Shown here piece by piece: positions 41,524 through 51,706 of a stretch of 64,000 nt of DNA (position 1 is its first letter; every line of letters begins with the position of its first letter). Both the position numbers and the translations under genes were made by a program. A model generated the notes under the pieces. That model saw only the letters and a program-made list of their open reading frames with translations, was not told the origin of the DNA and did no database searches. Origin of the DNA: Candidatus Cloacimonadota bacterium (GTDB lineage: Bacteria; Cloacimonadota; Cloacimonadia; G963667145); the NCBI GenBank assembly GCA_963667255.1, contig OY762940.1, positions 1 through 64,000 on the forward strand. The letters run 5' to 3'.

Positions 41524-42660
41524 CTACCTAAACTCATCATATATCTCCAAAATTTTTTTATTTCTAAGTTCTATTGTGTAGTCTTTATAGTATTTTTTTA
41601 TAGCATTTTGTGTTTGTTTTTCTATAAAATTTCTATCTTCACTATACTTAATAAAAGACTTTACAAGCTCATCTATAACATTATCAAAATTACCATTTGA
41701 AATATACTCTTTGACTATTTTATGAAATTCTTTGCTTGTTTTCCACACTATGCCATATTTATCTACATCATATATATTTATTGGAACATCTATTTCCACC
41801 CCGTTATTATTATCAATAAAATCTCTTTGATGTTGTGTTTTATAAGTAATGATTGGCTTACCATAAGAAGTAGCTTCAACAGCTATAATTCCATCTGTTA
41901 AAGTTAATGCTAAAACTACATCTGCATCCTTATAAAGTTTATTCTTTAGTTCACTTGATAATGGTACCTGTTTTATTAATTTAATATCTTTTTGAAGATT
42001 TTCTTCTACCTCTTTTGGTATATCATGACTAACAAGTGTCAAAGTCGAACTTGTTCTATCCATAGACTTAAATTCCCCCCATGCTTTAAGAGCTATCTCT
42101 ACACCTTTTGCTTGATAGTTAGAAGCTATAAATAAAAAATTTAAAGAATTTTCTATTTGCTTTTTGCCAATAGCAATATTATCCTTCCAAGGAATTGCTA
42201 TGACGACTGATTTTTCTAAAATTTTTTCCCCGGGAAAATAGTATCTAGTAAGATCTTTTTGACCATTTGAAATAAATATAATCTTTTTAAGATTTTTGTT
42301 CAAATAAAGTTCTTTTATTTTCTCTCGTCTATTGTAGTATTCTATTGGTTCACGAGGAAAAATTTCATAAGAAGCTATAATAGAAAAAGCATGATCTATT
42401 ACTTCGAGAATGCAACTTTGTTCTAAATCTTTTTTATTTCCACCCAACACCAAATGTAAGAGATTTGCATCTTTTTTATTTAAATATTTTATTGGAGGCT
42501 TACTTTTTAATTCATCAAAAACTGGATGAACAAGATCAGCTTTATATGGAAAATAAATTTTATAAGGATTAAATACTTTCCCCTCCCTATAAATATATTC
42601 ACCTATTATCTTTAGTCTTTTTATCCATCTGTTGGGTTTAATAATTTGTGAAATACTCAT
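41524..42660 (-). CDS. GT4-like glycosyltransferase
   Basis: GT-B C-terminal half: FLFIAS...KG, LYKDADV, VEATSYGKPII. Confidence 0.72.
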   Translation of the reverse strand: MSISQIIKPNRWIKRLKIIGEYIYREGKVFNPYKIYFPYKADLVHPVFDELKSKPPIKYLNKKDANLLHLVLGGNKKDLEQSCILEVIDHAFSIIASYEIFPREPIEYYNRREKIKELYLNKNLKKIIFISNGQKDLTRYYFPGEKILEKSVVIAIPWKDNIAIGKKQIENSLNFLFIASNYQAKGVEIALKAWGEFKSMDRTSSTLTLVSHDIPKEVEENLQKDIKLIKQVPLSSELKNKLYKDADVVLALTLTDGIIAVEATSYGKPIITYKTQHQRDFIDNNNGVEIDVPINIYDVDKYGIVWKTSKEFHKIVKEYISNGNFDNVIDELVKSFIKYSEDRNFIEKQTQNAIKKYYKDYTIELRNKKILEIYDEFR

Positions 42661-42682
42661 TGCAATCTCCTTCTTTTTCTAA

Positions 42683-42815
42683 GTCAAATCTCATTTATGG
42701 TGTAAATTCTCTCATATTTTAATTTTTTACAAAATTTTCTGCTAACTTAAACTTTTTCTGTAAATTAGCTTTCTCCTCTTTGTACTACATTCATATACAG
42801 TAGATCCTCTGTCCA
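42683..42815 (-). mobile_element. IS256-family right-end relic (copy A)
   Basis: Diverged duplicate of 42996-43128; on the minus strand it ends in TTTACACCATAAATGAGATTTGAC. Confidence 0.7.
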
Positions 42816-42871
42816 TTTTTTTTCGCCCTCATTTTTGGGTATTTAATCTACAAATTTTGTTAATAATTTTT

Positions 42872-42994
42872 TCAGAATGTTCTAATCCAATCAATCATTT
42901 TTCTAATCCCTTCTTCTTTGGAGACTTTCTGTTGCCAACCTAAAAGCATTTTAACTTTAAAAATATCTGCAACAAATATTTTTTGGTCAGACTC
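42872..42994 (-). pseudogene. 3' relic of a CDP-paratose 2-epimerase (RfbE/Tyv)-like gene
   Basis: ESDQKIFVADIFKVKMLLGWQQKVSKEEGIRKMIDWIRTF* resembles the RfbE C-terminus as I recall it (ESDQ.VFVADI). Confidence 0.65.
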
Positions 42995-42995
42995 A

Positions 42996-43295
42996 GTCAA
43001 GCCTCATTTGTGGTGCAAATTCTCTCATGTTTTAATTTTTATCTAAAAATTTTCAGCTAATTTAAGTTTTTTTTGCGAATTAGCCTTTTCCTCTTTTATC
43101 ACATCCATGTATTTTCTACCTTCTGTCCAATCTTCATTTAGCTGAACTAAAATTGCTCCTATCAAAAGATTACATCTTTCGCAATTGGGGAAAATTCTAA
43201 TGGATTTTTCTCGTCGTCTGATTTCTTCATTCAACCTTACTATAGGATTAGTGCTCTTAATTTTTGACCAGTGTTTTTTTGGTAAAACAACAAAA
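42996..43295 (-). mobile_element. IS256-family transposase 3' fragment plus right end (copy B)
   Basis: STNPIVRLNEEIRRREKSIRIFPN...LIGAILVQLNEDW is a typical IS256 C-terminal motif; truncated at the IS5 end. Confidence 0.85.
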
Positions 43296-44095
43296 GAGAC
43301 CTTTGCATTTTATAAAAAACTATCCTAATTCTCTTCACCAACTAATTTTTTTTGATTTCCCTAAAAATTTCTCTTCTTTTTTTCTCTCATTATTGCCCAA
43401 ATCAGCCAAATTTTTGTCATTAGATACAGAAATCCTATGTTAACTGCGGTTCACACAGTTTTATAGCTCGCTTCAAATTAAAGGCAATGTAACCAAGCTG
43501 TAAATGAAAGTGAGTTTTCTCCAAGCCGAAATATCGACTACGGTCAAAACCATACGACTTATGCAATGTGCCAAAAGTTCGCTCCACAATATATCGCGTT
43601 TTAGAAACGACCTTGTTATAACGCTTCTTGAGAGCACGAATTGACTTGTTATCATTCTTTTTGCATTTCAACATAATTGCACTCTTCAACTCTTTACTCT
43701 TCAAAATTTCTCGGTTCTTCTTACTACAATAACCTTTATCGGCATACACAGACCACTCTGGGGGCAACTTCATTTTTTCCATTAATTTTGGGAAAACGGT
43801 AATGTCATGTTGCGGAGCTCACAAGTATTGCATCCACTACGGCTCCAGTTTTTAAATTAATTCCCAACTTTGCAAATTAATAGTTTGCCTCTTTTAGCAA
43901 CTTTTTCACTTTAAAAAGAAAATGGTTCTCCACCTTTTTCAATTTTGTTTTCATCGCTAAGTCTCCAAATGATATTCTAGTGTGCATTTATTCCTCCCTG
44001 AGTACAACAAATTTATGCAAAGAAAACATAGCCTAACAGGTTGTAAACAAATAACTTAAACTTTATATTGGCAAAAATTTATGTGCAAAGGTTTC
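43296..44095 (-). mobile_element. Internally deleted IS5-family (IS1106-like) element
   Basis: IRs GAGACCTTTGCA / TGCAAAGGTTTC. C-terminal transposase 43435-43782 (YADKGY, RYIVERTFG, RYFGL, AFNLKR) with scrambled N-terminal pieces upstream. Confidence 0.85.
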
Positions 44096-44249
44096 CTTTT
44101 ATGTAAATCACATTTTTTACATGATTAGCTGCACTGCCTGTAAAATAATTATCCAAACTATAAACTTCATTATTTGTATCTTGAGCCAATCTCTCACAAA
44201 GATGGCTTCCCACAAACCCAACACCACTGGTAACAAGGATTTTTTTCAT
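44096..44249 (-). pseudogene. 5' stub (~51 codons) of the epimerase at 40502-41365
   Basis: [52 protein letters not shown] versus [52 protein letters not shown]; cut at the IS5 IR. Confidence 0.9.
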
Positions 44250-44265
44250 AATTGCTCCATAAATC

Positions 44266-45108
44266 CTATTCTACTTCTATTGTCTCAGCCCAATTAGGAT
44301 CTATCCCTATATGAGAATTAACTTTTTCCTTCCAACCAGACCAATACTTAGGAAAATAAATTTTTTGTTTGTTTTTAATAAAGTAAGCTCCCCACCATGA
44401 AAAAGTACTGTTAGCCATAATACCATACTCACACAAAGTAATCAAAGCAAAATCAACTCCAATACTATTTCGAGAAACATATTTATTACTAATGCTTCCA
44501 AATTCTCTTTCAACATAATCTGGGTCATCGGACAGAAAAATAAAAAAAGGATTTACAACCATTCCCCCTATTTTGTCAATAGTCATCGTATAGTAACTTT
44601 TAGGCAATTCTAAACCACGAGAACTATAATCAATAATTGTCAAGAAATCTCCTCTTCTAATATGAATAAAAACTTTTGTATAATCATTATCTAAACTATT
44701 AATTATTTTTATAGCTTCTTCTATTAAATGATTTTTTAACCTAAAATCTATTTTGTCTTTATCGAAAAACTTTTCTGATTGAAAATAATTTGATTCCACT
44801 AAAACTATAGGGGAAAAGCCTTTTTTCTTATTATAAATAATGGTATTTTTGTTTTCAGTAATATAAGAAAAAAATCTAAATTTAACCAATAATTTTAAAA
44901 AATATGGTTTTATTATCTTCTTTATAATCAAATGTAACTTTTTATTAATAAAAAACAAAAAATACTTTTTCTCTGAAATATCAAAAATTCCATTTAGCTC
45001 TTTCATGCCAAAAATCAAAACAAATTCTTTTTTTTTTGCAATAGTTTTCAGAAATGCTAATTGAAACAATTGATTTCCCAATCTACCATCCGCTATAAAA
45101 ATAATCAT
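44266..45108 (-). CDS. GT11 alpha-1,2-fucosyltransferase-like
   Basis: [40 protein letters not shown]. Confidence 0.92.
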   Translation of the reverse strand: MIIFIADGRLGNQLFQLAFLKTIAKKKEFVLIFGMKELNGIFDISEKKYFLFFINKKLHLIIKKIIKPYFLKLLVKFRFFSYITENKNTIIYNKKKGFSPIVLVESNYFQSEKFFDKDKIDFRLKNHLIEEAIKIINSLDNDYTKVFIHIRRGDFLTIIDYSSRGLELPKSYYTMTIDKIGGMVVNPFFIFLSDDPDYVEREFGSISNKYVSRNSIGVDFALITLCEYGIMANSTFSWWGAYFIKNKQKIYFPKYWSGWKEKVNSHIGIDPNWAETIEVE

Positions 45109-47211
45109 TCTTCTATAAATTTTTTAGAAACTGCCACATAATTAGCATAATTAAAATTTTCCATTCTTGGATGATATTCCCTGATCTCCAAACCTTTTGA
45201 CATAATTTTTGCAATTTTGAATCCCTTAGATTCTAATATCTCATAAAAATCCATTAAATTAGAGTGAGAATCCAAATTTGCTCCCCCATATTCAAATTGA
45301 ATATAATCTATAAATTCACTATGCAAAAATTTTCCCAAACCTTCAAAAGCTTTCAACTCATGTCCCTCTATATCTATTTTGATAAAGTCTATATGTCCAA
45401 TGTTGTTCCTTTCAATATAGCTATCTAATCTTTTTAGTTTTATGCTCTCGCTTTGGTTTAGCTCTAAGTTATATGCATCTAAATTTCTTTGATAAAGAGA
45501 AGCAAATCCACTTTGCTCTCTATCATAAAATATAGTGCCCTCACCATCTTCATTTGAAACACCAAAATTATTTAAAAATATATTTATATCATCTTTGAAT
45601 TTTTGGAATATAGTTTCAAAACAACTTTTTGTCGGTTCAAAAAGGTGCAATTCTACATATATGTCCAGTCCTAAAATAGTGGACTCAGTTTTTTATTAAT
45701 TATGCAGCTTTCTGCATCTCCAAAAACACACTTTGTGGTGTTCTATAATCCAAACTCATATGATATCGTCTATTGTTATAAATATCAACAAAATTCTTCA
45801 ACTCTCTTCGCACTTCCTTCAAACTTGAAAAAACAGTATTAAAACCAAATTCGTTCTTCAAAGTATTAAAAACTCGCTCTGCACAAGCGTTATCATAACA
45901 TTTGCCCGCACCTGTCATGCTTATTCTAAAATTATTTTTCTTCAAAAAATCAGTATATAATTTGCTTGTATATTGCACTCCTTTGTCGCTATGATGTATG
46001 CAATCCTTAGGCAGATAATATTTTTTCAATGTTTTCCGCATAACCCTAACCGACTCTTCTGCCAAAAGAGTTTGAGCTACATTATAACCCAAAATTTTTC
46101 TGGTAGCCAAATCCGTAACCAAACTAATATAGCAGAACTTATTGTTAGGCAGTTTAATATAAGTAATATCTGTCACGATTACTTGCCCAAATTTTGTAAC
46201 AGATTTCTTAAATTCATCGGTTAACATATTCTCAAAGATTTGCTTAACTCCACTGGAATGTTGGACCTTTTTCCGAATAAATTTACTTTGTAAATCGTTT
46301 TCCCTCATAATATCAAACAGCTTATCTCTGCCCACAATAATGTCAAAATCTTCCTTTAAATGAATCTTGGTTTTTCTTGCCCCACACATAAGTCCAAATT
46401 TGCGTAATGCATTTATATGCAAGCAAATCTCATCTTCAATTTTCTTTGATTTTTCGATGTGCTTCTTCTTTTTATAAAAACCGGACTTGCTAACTCCAAA
46501 CCATTGACAAACAGAATTCATTTTGAAAGGGGACTTTTTCTCCACTATTTTCTGCCTGATTTCCTCAATTCCTGTACTTCGGGCTTTTTTTTTAATTCCA
46601 TACCAAAGTCCCGCTCACCAATTTCTACACACTTTTCAAGGCACAATTTATCGAGCGTTAACTTGCTCACAGCCTCTTTTAAAGCACGATTCTCTTTTTT
46701 TAATTCCTCAATCTCTTGCAAAGCAGAGTGCTGATCTGACAGTTTCACAAAAATTACCTCCTTACAGGGCGTGTCATAATTAGCTTTTTTCAACCATCGA
46801 TAAATAGTTGGAAATCCCACTCCATAATACTTACCCGCTTCCAAAACCGTCAATTTTTTGTTTTTGACATTCTTTAAAACCTCATTTCTGAAAGCTTTTG
46901 AATATCTAAAAGTTTTCTCTCTTTTGTCCAAGTTTCCTCCTAATTGAGTCCACTTTTTTCAGGACGAGGTAATAAATTTAATACTTTTAATTCGTCTTTT
47001 ATTATTTGAGAATACTCACCAATGTTTGCACCAATATCAAAGACTATCTTCTTCTCCCCCCTCTATTTAAAAGTGAAGTTAGTAGCAAATCTATGAACAC
47101 TTTTTCACCATTTTTATCAAAATTCGAATTCCCATTGTTTTCTATAATATTGAATAGTTTATAAAAAAAACCTCTTATTTTTAATTTAAAAAAATTACTT
47201 TTTACGAACAT
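45105..47211 (-). pseudogene. FkbM-family methyltransferase, split by IS3 and frameshifted near a G6 tract
   Basis: 5' part 46972-47211 (..NGEK.. shift ..KIVFDIGANIGEYS) joins YVELHLFEP...KIDIEGHE...QFEYGG after the IS is removed. Confidence 0.88.
45662..46971 (-). mobile_element. Complete IS3-family element (1310 bp): orfA 46545-46931, orfB 45700-46545
   Basis: Imperfect IRs, 3-bp TSD (ATA), OrfA HTH, OrfB DDE (VTDITY, HSDKG, DNACAER), A9G slippery site at 46584-46593. Confidence 0.95.
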
Positions 47212-47314
47212 TTTTAACTCCAATAAATTTATCTTTAAAAAATTAATTCCTCAATACTTACTTATTAACAATAAAGCATATAACTTAACGCCTTTTACTC
47301 ACAAACCATTTGTT

Positions 47315-47984
47315 TTATTTACTCTTCTTAAGAATACATTGAATTTGTGCCAATACATCAGGACGAAAAGTTTGATGAGATAAAAAATATTTATAAGATA
47401 AATCTTCCATTACTGGTATTTTCAAAAAACCCATTTTTTTTAATCTTCTATAAATAACACAAAAAAAAATAAAAACTTTCCCAATTAATTTAATATTACC
47501 ATGATTCAAAAGAGATCTGTCATAATTATTATCTTGAAGTTCTAAACTAATAATTTCAGAATTTGGTAATCTTTTTACTAAATCTAAAACATTAATAGAT
47601 ACTGGAGACCAACCCTTAGCTTTAGAAATAGTAAAAGTAGCTTTATTATCCGGATTAAATCTACTAGGGAACACACCTTGTTCATAAAGATCTTCATCGG
47701 GAACAATCAAAATTAAATAACCTCCAGGCTTAACAAGTTTCCACCATTCTACCAAAGCATTTTCAGGTTCTTTCATATGTTCAAGACAATGAGATGAATA
47801 AACAAAATCAAATTGTTCATGTACAAATTTAGTAATACAATTTGCATCTCCATCTTCAATATCAAATTTACGAACTTTAGAAGTGACTGGGTCCCCTCCA
47901 CATCCAATATCTATTTCATCCCCAGCTATAATAGAAAACTCTAATTTCCCCCCAAATTTTTTTAGTTTTTGATGTTTCGTTCAT
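47315..47984 (-). pseudogene. Class I SAM methyltransferase, frameshifted near a G6 tract close to its start
   Basis: ATG 47984 (MNETSKTKKIWG) is 1 nt out of frame with ...IDIGCGGDP...FDFVYSSHCLEHMKEP; C6 on the plus strand at 47948-47953. Confidence 0.78.
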
Positions 47985-47999
47985 ACTTTCCCCATTAAT

Positions 48000-48713
48000 T
48001 CAACTTATTGTTTGCAACCAATAAAATTTTTGAATAAAAATCACGGCATTTAGCAACTTACCTAAAATGAGATAATCTTGATTTTTCAATATAGTATAAA
48101 TTTCAGACTGCAATACATCTTCCAAACATTTGCCATTAATTTCTATACAAATGACCTTTATATCAACTTTGTCAAAATCTATCGATTTTAAAACATCCAA
48201 ATCCATTCCTTCTACATCTACATCCAACAAATCTATTACTCTGTCTTTACAATATCTCTCAATAATTGTAGATAGAGAACAAGTTTCAATGGTAAAACTT
48301 TTAATTTTATCTTCTGTCGCTCCCGTCATCTTTTTGACCCAAGATTTATCAGTTGATTCTACTCCAGAGACCCCCCCCAAAGTGAATAGATTGATTTGTT
48401 TTTCTTTAGAAGATATAGCTATATTCAAATTAATATCTCTTGGTCTAAATTTTTTTAAAAGTTCAACTGATACAGGATTAGCATCAATATTTATCCCTTT
48501 AGAACCATTTTTATAGAAACAATAAGTATTTGAAAATTCTATCGGATGACATGCTCCAACATCTATGTAAAAAATTTTCTTTCCTAAAAAGATTTTTTGT
48601 AACAAAATATCCTCTCCCTCATGGGAATAGTATTTATTTCCGTATTCCCTAAAAAACCTTTTAATCATCGTTAAAATTTTTAATCTATTTTCTTTTTTTA
48701 CCATAAAATTCAT
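48000..48713 (-). CDS. FkbM-family methyltransferase
   Basis: YSHEGED, YIDVGACHP, SNTY, DLLDVDVEGMD, ICIE. Confidence 0.88.
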   Translation of the reverse strand: MNFMVKKENRLKILTMIKRFFREYGNKYYSHEGEDILLQKIFLGKKIFYIDVGACHPIEFSNTYCFYKNGSKGINIDANPVSVELLKKFRPRDINLNIAISSKEKQINLFTLGGVSGVESTDKSWVKKMTGATEDKIKSFTIETCSLSTIIERYCKDRVIDLLDVDVEGMDLDVLKSIDFDKVDIKVICIEINGKCLEDVLQSEIYTILKNQDYLILGKLLNAVIFIQKFYWLQTIS

Positions 48714-48721
48714 TTAAACCT

Positions 48722-49456
48722 TTATAATTTTTCCTTTTTAGAAATGTAAATTGCATTTGTAAACCAATTCCCTATCCCTAATTTATTAATAAATCTCCCA
48801 AAATGCTTATGCATAAATAGCCAAAATTTATTCTCACTTTTCATTTCAAAAAGTTTAAAGCCATTTTTTTCTAAAAAAGCATCTATTTCATAAAACAAGG
48901 GTTGCCCTATATATATTTCCCGAAATGTTACCTCGATATAAATTATTTTGACAGACTGTAAAGATTGAATTGAACCCTGCAACATTAACATTTCAGCACC
49001 TTGCAAATCTATCCACAATAAATTAGGAGCAGATTTATTTTCTACATACTTATCAATTGTTATAGTTTCAACCTCTATTTCATTTTGGACAAAAGTTTCA
49101 AGAGGATAATAAGGATTAGCTTTAAATAAAGACGAAGCTCCAATATTACCATCTTTATGAGGGGTTATAGACTCATTAGCATTTATTGGATAAAATTTAA
49201 CTTTCCCAACATTATCAGAAAGCGCCTTTTCATTCATAAAAATTTTTTTATCAATTTTTTCTTTTGAAATATTTTTCTTACACAATTCTATTGCAATGGG
49301 ATTAGGTTCAAAAATATGTAATTCTTGAGAACTTTTGATATTTTTTAATAATTCTAAACCATCCAAAGCATCTCTACTCCCACAATCATAAATAACTTCC
49401 ACCCCTACATCATTAGCTAATTCAATTAATTTTTTTTCATTTTTTGCTGTTACCAT
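48722..49456 (-). CDS. FkbM-family methyltransferase
   Basis: YDCGSRD, FEPNP, GASSL, WIDLQGAE, IYIEV. Confidence 0.88.
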   Translation of the reverse strand: MVTAKNEKKLIELANDVGVEVIYDCGSRDALDGLELLKNIKSSQELHIFEPNPIAIELCKKNISKEKIDKKIFMNEKALSDNVGKVKFYPINANESITPHKDGNIGASSLFKANPYYPLETFVQNEIEVETITIDKYVENKSAPNLLWIDLQGAEMLMLQGSIQSLQSVKIIYIEVTFREIYIGQPLFYEIDAFLEKNGFKLFEMKSENKFWLFMHKHFGRFINKLGIGNWFTNAIYISKKEKL

Positions 49457-49490
49457 TAATCTTCCTTTTTAAAATAATTTCCCCTGTAAT

Positions 49491-50372
49491 TTATTTTTTA
49501 ATTTTCTCAATAAACCAACTATGCAAGGAAACACTTTTATTTTTTTTCGAATATTTATTATATAAATAATTATAATCACAAGCTTTTTCATATTCAACTG
49601 TTCTATTAAAATTTATACATTTTTTTGAGCCATACCTATTATTAACCCAATTAGGATAAGTTTCATTTTCAGCACAACAAGATATCTCATTAGGATCAAG
49701 ATTTTCTAAAATAACTTCATACCATTTCTTATTAAATTTCTCTTCAATTTCTGTCTTCATCTCTTTTAAATATCTTTTATTAAATAAGGTCATATGTGAA
49801 ATAAAAGAGAAAAAATGTATCCTTTCTTTACCAAATAATTTCCTATAAAACTCATAATATGGGAAATGGCGTTCCATAGATTCATAAAAAATGGGTTTAC
49901 TATCTGTTAAAAAAATCATTTTTCTCAAAATTACTGTATCTGCATCAACAACTAAAAAATTTTCATTTTCTCCAATAGCTCCACTAAGTTTAAGTAACTG
50001 TTGAAAAATCCAGCCAGATCTATCCAATCCATTTGGGCAATAATCAAAATCTTCAGCGGTAAATCCTAAAACACTTCTTTCATCAATAAATTTACATGAC
50101 AACTTTTTACTTATATCTTCGATTGCCTTAGACCTTGGAGCAACAACATAAATTGTATCTATTTTATGCTGAACATTTTGCCTTATCCCCTCAACTGCTA
50201 ACGGGAAAATCTTCAAATCTTTTTCTAAAGTGGGAATTACTACATCTATTGTATTATTACCTACTTCAACTTCATAACATGAAATTTTAGTTATTTTTTT
50301 TTTTATTCTATAAACAATTCCTATAATTTTACATTCAATCATTCTTCTAATCTTTAAACAAAATTTATACAT
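49491..50372 (-). CDS. Putative glycosyltransferase-like protein (DUF6492-like)
   Basis: IDVVIP..EKD, GWIFQQLLKL, VVDADT (DxD), FISHM. Confidence 0.65.
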   Translation of the reverse strand: MYKFCLKIRRMIECKIIGIVYRIKKKITKISCYEVEVGNNTIDVVIPTLEKDLKIFPLAVEGIRQNVQHKIDTIYVVAPRSKAIEDISKKLSCKFIDERSVLGFTAEDFDYCPNGLDRSGWIFQQLLKLSGAIGENENFLVVDADTVILRKMIFLTDSKPIFYESMERHFPYYEFYRKLFGKERIHFFSFISHMTLFNKRYLKEMKTEIEEKFNKKWYEVILENLDPNEISCCAENETYPNWVNNRYGSKKCINFNRTVEYEKACDYNYLYNKYSKKNKSVSLHSWFIEKIKK

Positions 50373-51681
50373 GATAATATCCTTTAAATAAAATAGATTT
50401 TATAATAATCTTTAAATTTTTTCTCATGCCTTTATGAAAAAAATCATGTGTAAAGACAAAAGCAGATGATATAATAGTTGCAAATATTGCTCCTTTAGAC
50501 CCAAATTTGGGAATCATTAGGTAATTTAAAAGAATATTTACAAATGCACTTTCTACAAGAACTATGGTGGAATATTTGAAATAATTATTAATAGCTATAA
50601 AAGAACCTCTTGCCATGGCTAAACTTGTTAAAGGAACTCTCAAAACGGACAAAATAAGCAATATTTCGACTGGAGCATAAACAATTCCATATAATCCAAC
50701 AGTTAAATAATGAGCAAAAAATATTATAAAAAAAGCTATCAAAAATCCACTATAAAATTGCAATTGATACAATCTATATAACCTATCTAATCTCAACTTC
50801 CCCTCTACTATCAAAGCTGGGAAAAGTGATTGATTCAACAATATAGAGACAAAAGTAAACATCTCAACCAATCTTATCGCAACCGAATAATAGCCATTTT
50901 CAGTATTACCCAAAATATTTTTTATCATTACTTGATCTATTCTGACATGAATTATCGTAAGAATCCCACCAATTATCAAAGGGCAACTATCTTTTAAAAA
51001 AGAAAAAGCTAATTCCTTTTTAAATTTCCAATTAAAAATACTTTTATGTTTCTTACCATAAAAATAAATAAGCCCCGCAGCTAATACAATGCTATCAAAA
51101 ACTATAGCCCAAGCAAAATAAATAATTGGTAAATGCTTCCATAGTAATATTATTTTAACAATGTTAGAAAAAATTAGACAAATAGTGTTAATTATGACAA
51201 CATATTTACTTAGTGCTACACTTTGAAAATAATAATCAATTACATTAAAACTCTGAAATATCAAGGAAAATGTTAATATCAAAATTAAAATTTTAGCAAA
51301 ACTACCATCTTGTAAAAAATGAAGAAAAACGGTAAATATTATTGAAATCGATATTGAACTTATAAGTTTTAATATCAAACTTGTCCCTAAGATTTCATCC
51401 TTTTTTTTTTTGTCTTTTACCAATTCACGAACAACTATGCTATCCAGTCCAAGAGTTGCAACACAAGAAAAAAGAGCCACAAAACTTTGAGCATAATTTA
51501 GAAGACCAAATTGACTTGGTCCTAAGTATCTCGCAATCCAAATGGAAACAAAAAAGCTAACAAAAATTTTTACAAATTTTTCCGCAAAAAGCCAAGAAGT
51601 ATTGGCAAAATATCTTCTAAACCCTTGATGATTTGACCAATAAGTATATTTATCTTTTATGATTTGGGGGAAAAAATTCAT
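50365..51681 (-). CDS. wzx: Polysaccharide flippase (second)
   Basis: RRYFANTSWL, ARYLGP.QFG, LGLD.IVVRELV, RIDQVMI, GYYSVAIRL. Confidence 0.9.
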   Translation of the reverse strand: MNFFPQIIKDKYTYWSNHQGFRRYFANTSWLFAEKFVKIFVSFFVSIWIARYLGPSQFGLLNYAQSFVALFSCVATLGLDSIVVRELVKDKKKKDEILGTSLILKLISSISISIIFTVFLHFLQDGSFAKILILILTFSLIFQSFNVIDYYFQSVALSKYVVIINTICLIFSNIVKIILLWKHLPIIYFAWAIVFDSIVLAAGLIYFYGKKHKSIFNWKFKKELAFSFLKDSCPLIIGGILTIIHVRIDQVMIKNILGNTENGYYSVAIRLVEMFTFVSILLNQSLFPALIVEGKLRLDRLYRLYQLQFYSGFLIAFFIIFFAHYLTVGLYGIVYAPVEILLILSVLRVPLTSLAMARGSFIAINNYFKYSTIVLVESAFVNILLNYLMIPKFGSKGAIFATIISSAFVFTHDFFHKGMRKNLKIIIKSILFKGYYHV

Positions 51682-51706
51682 TATGCTAATTTATACTCCC
51701 AAGTAA

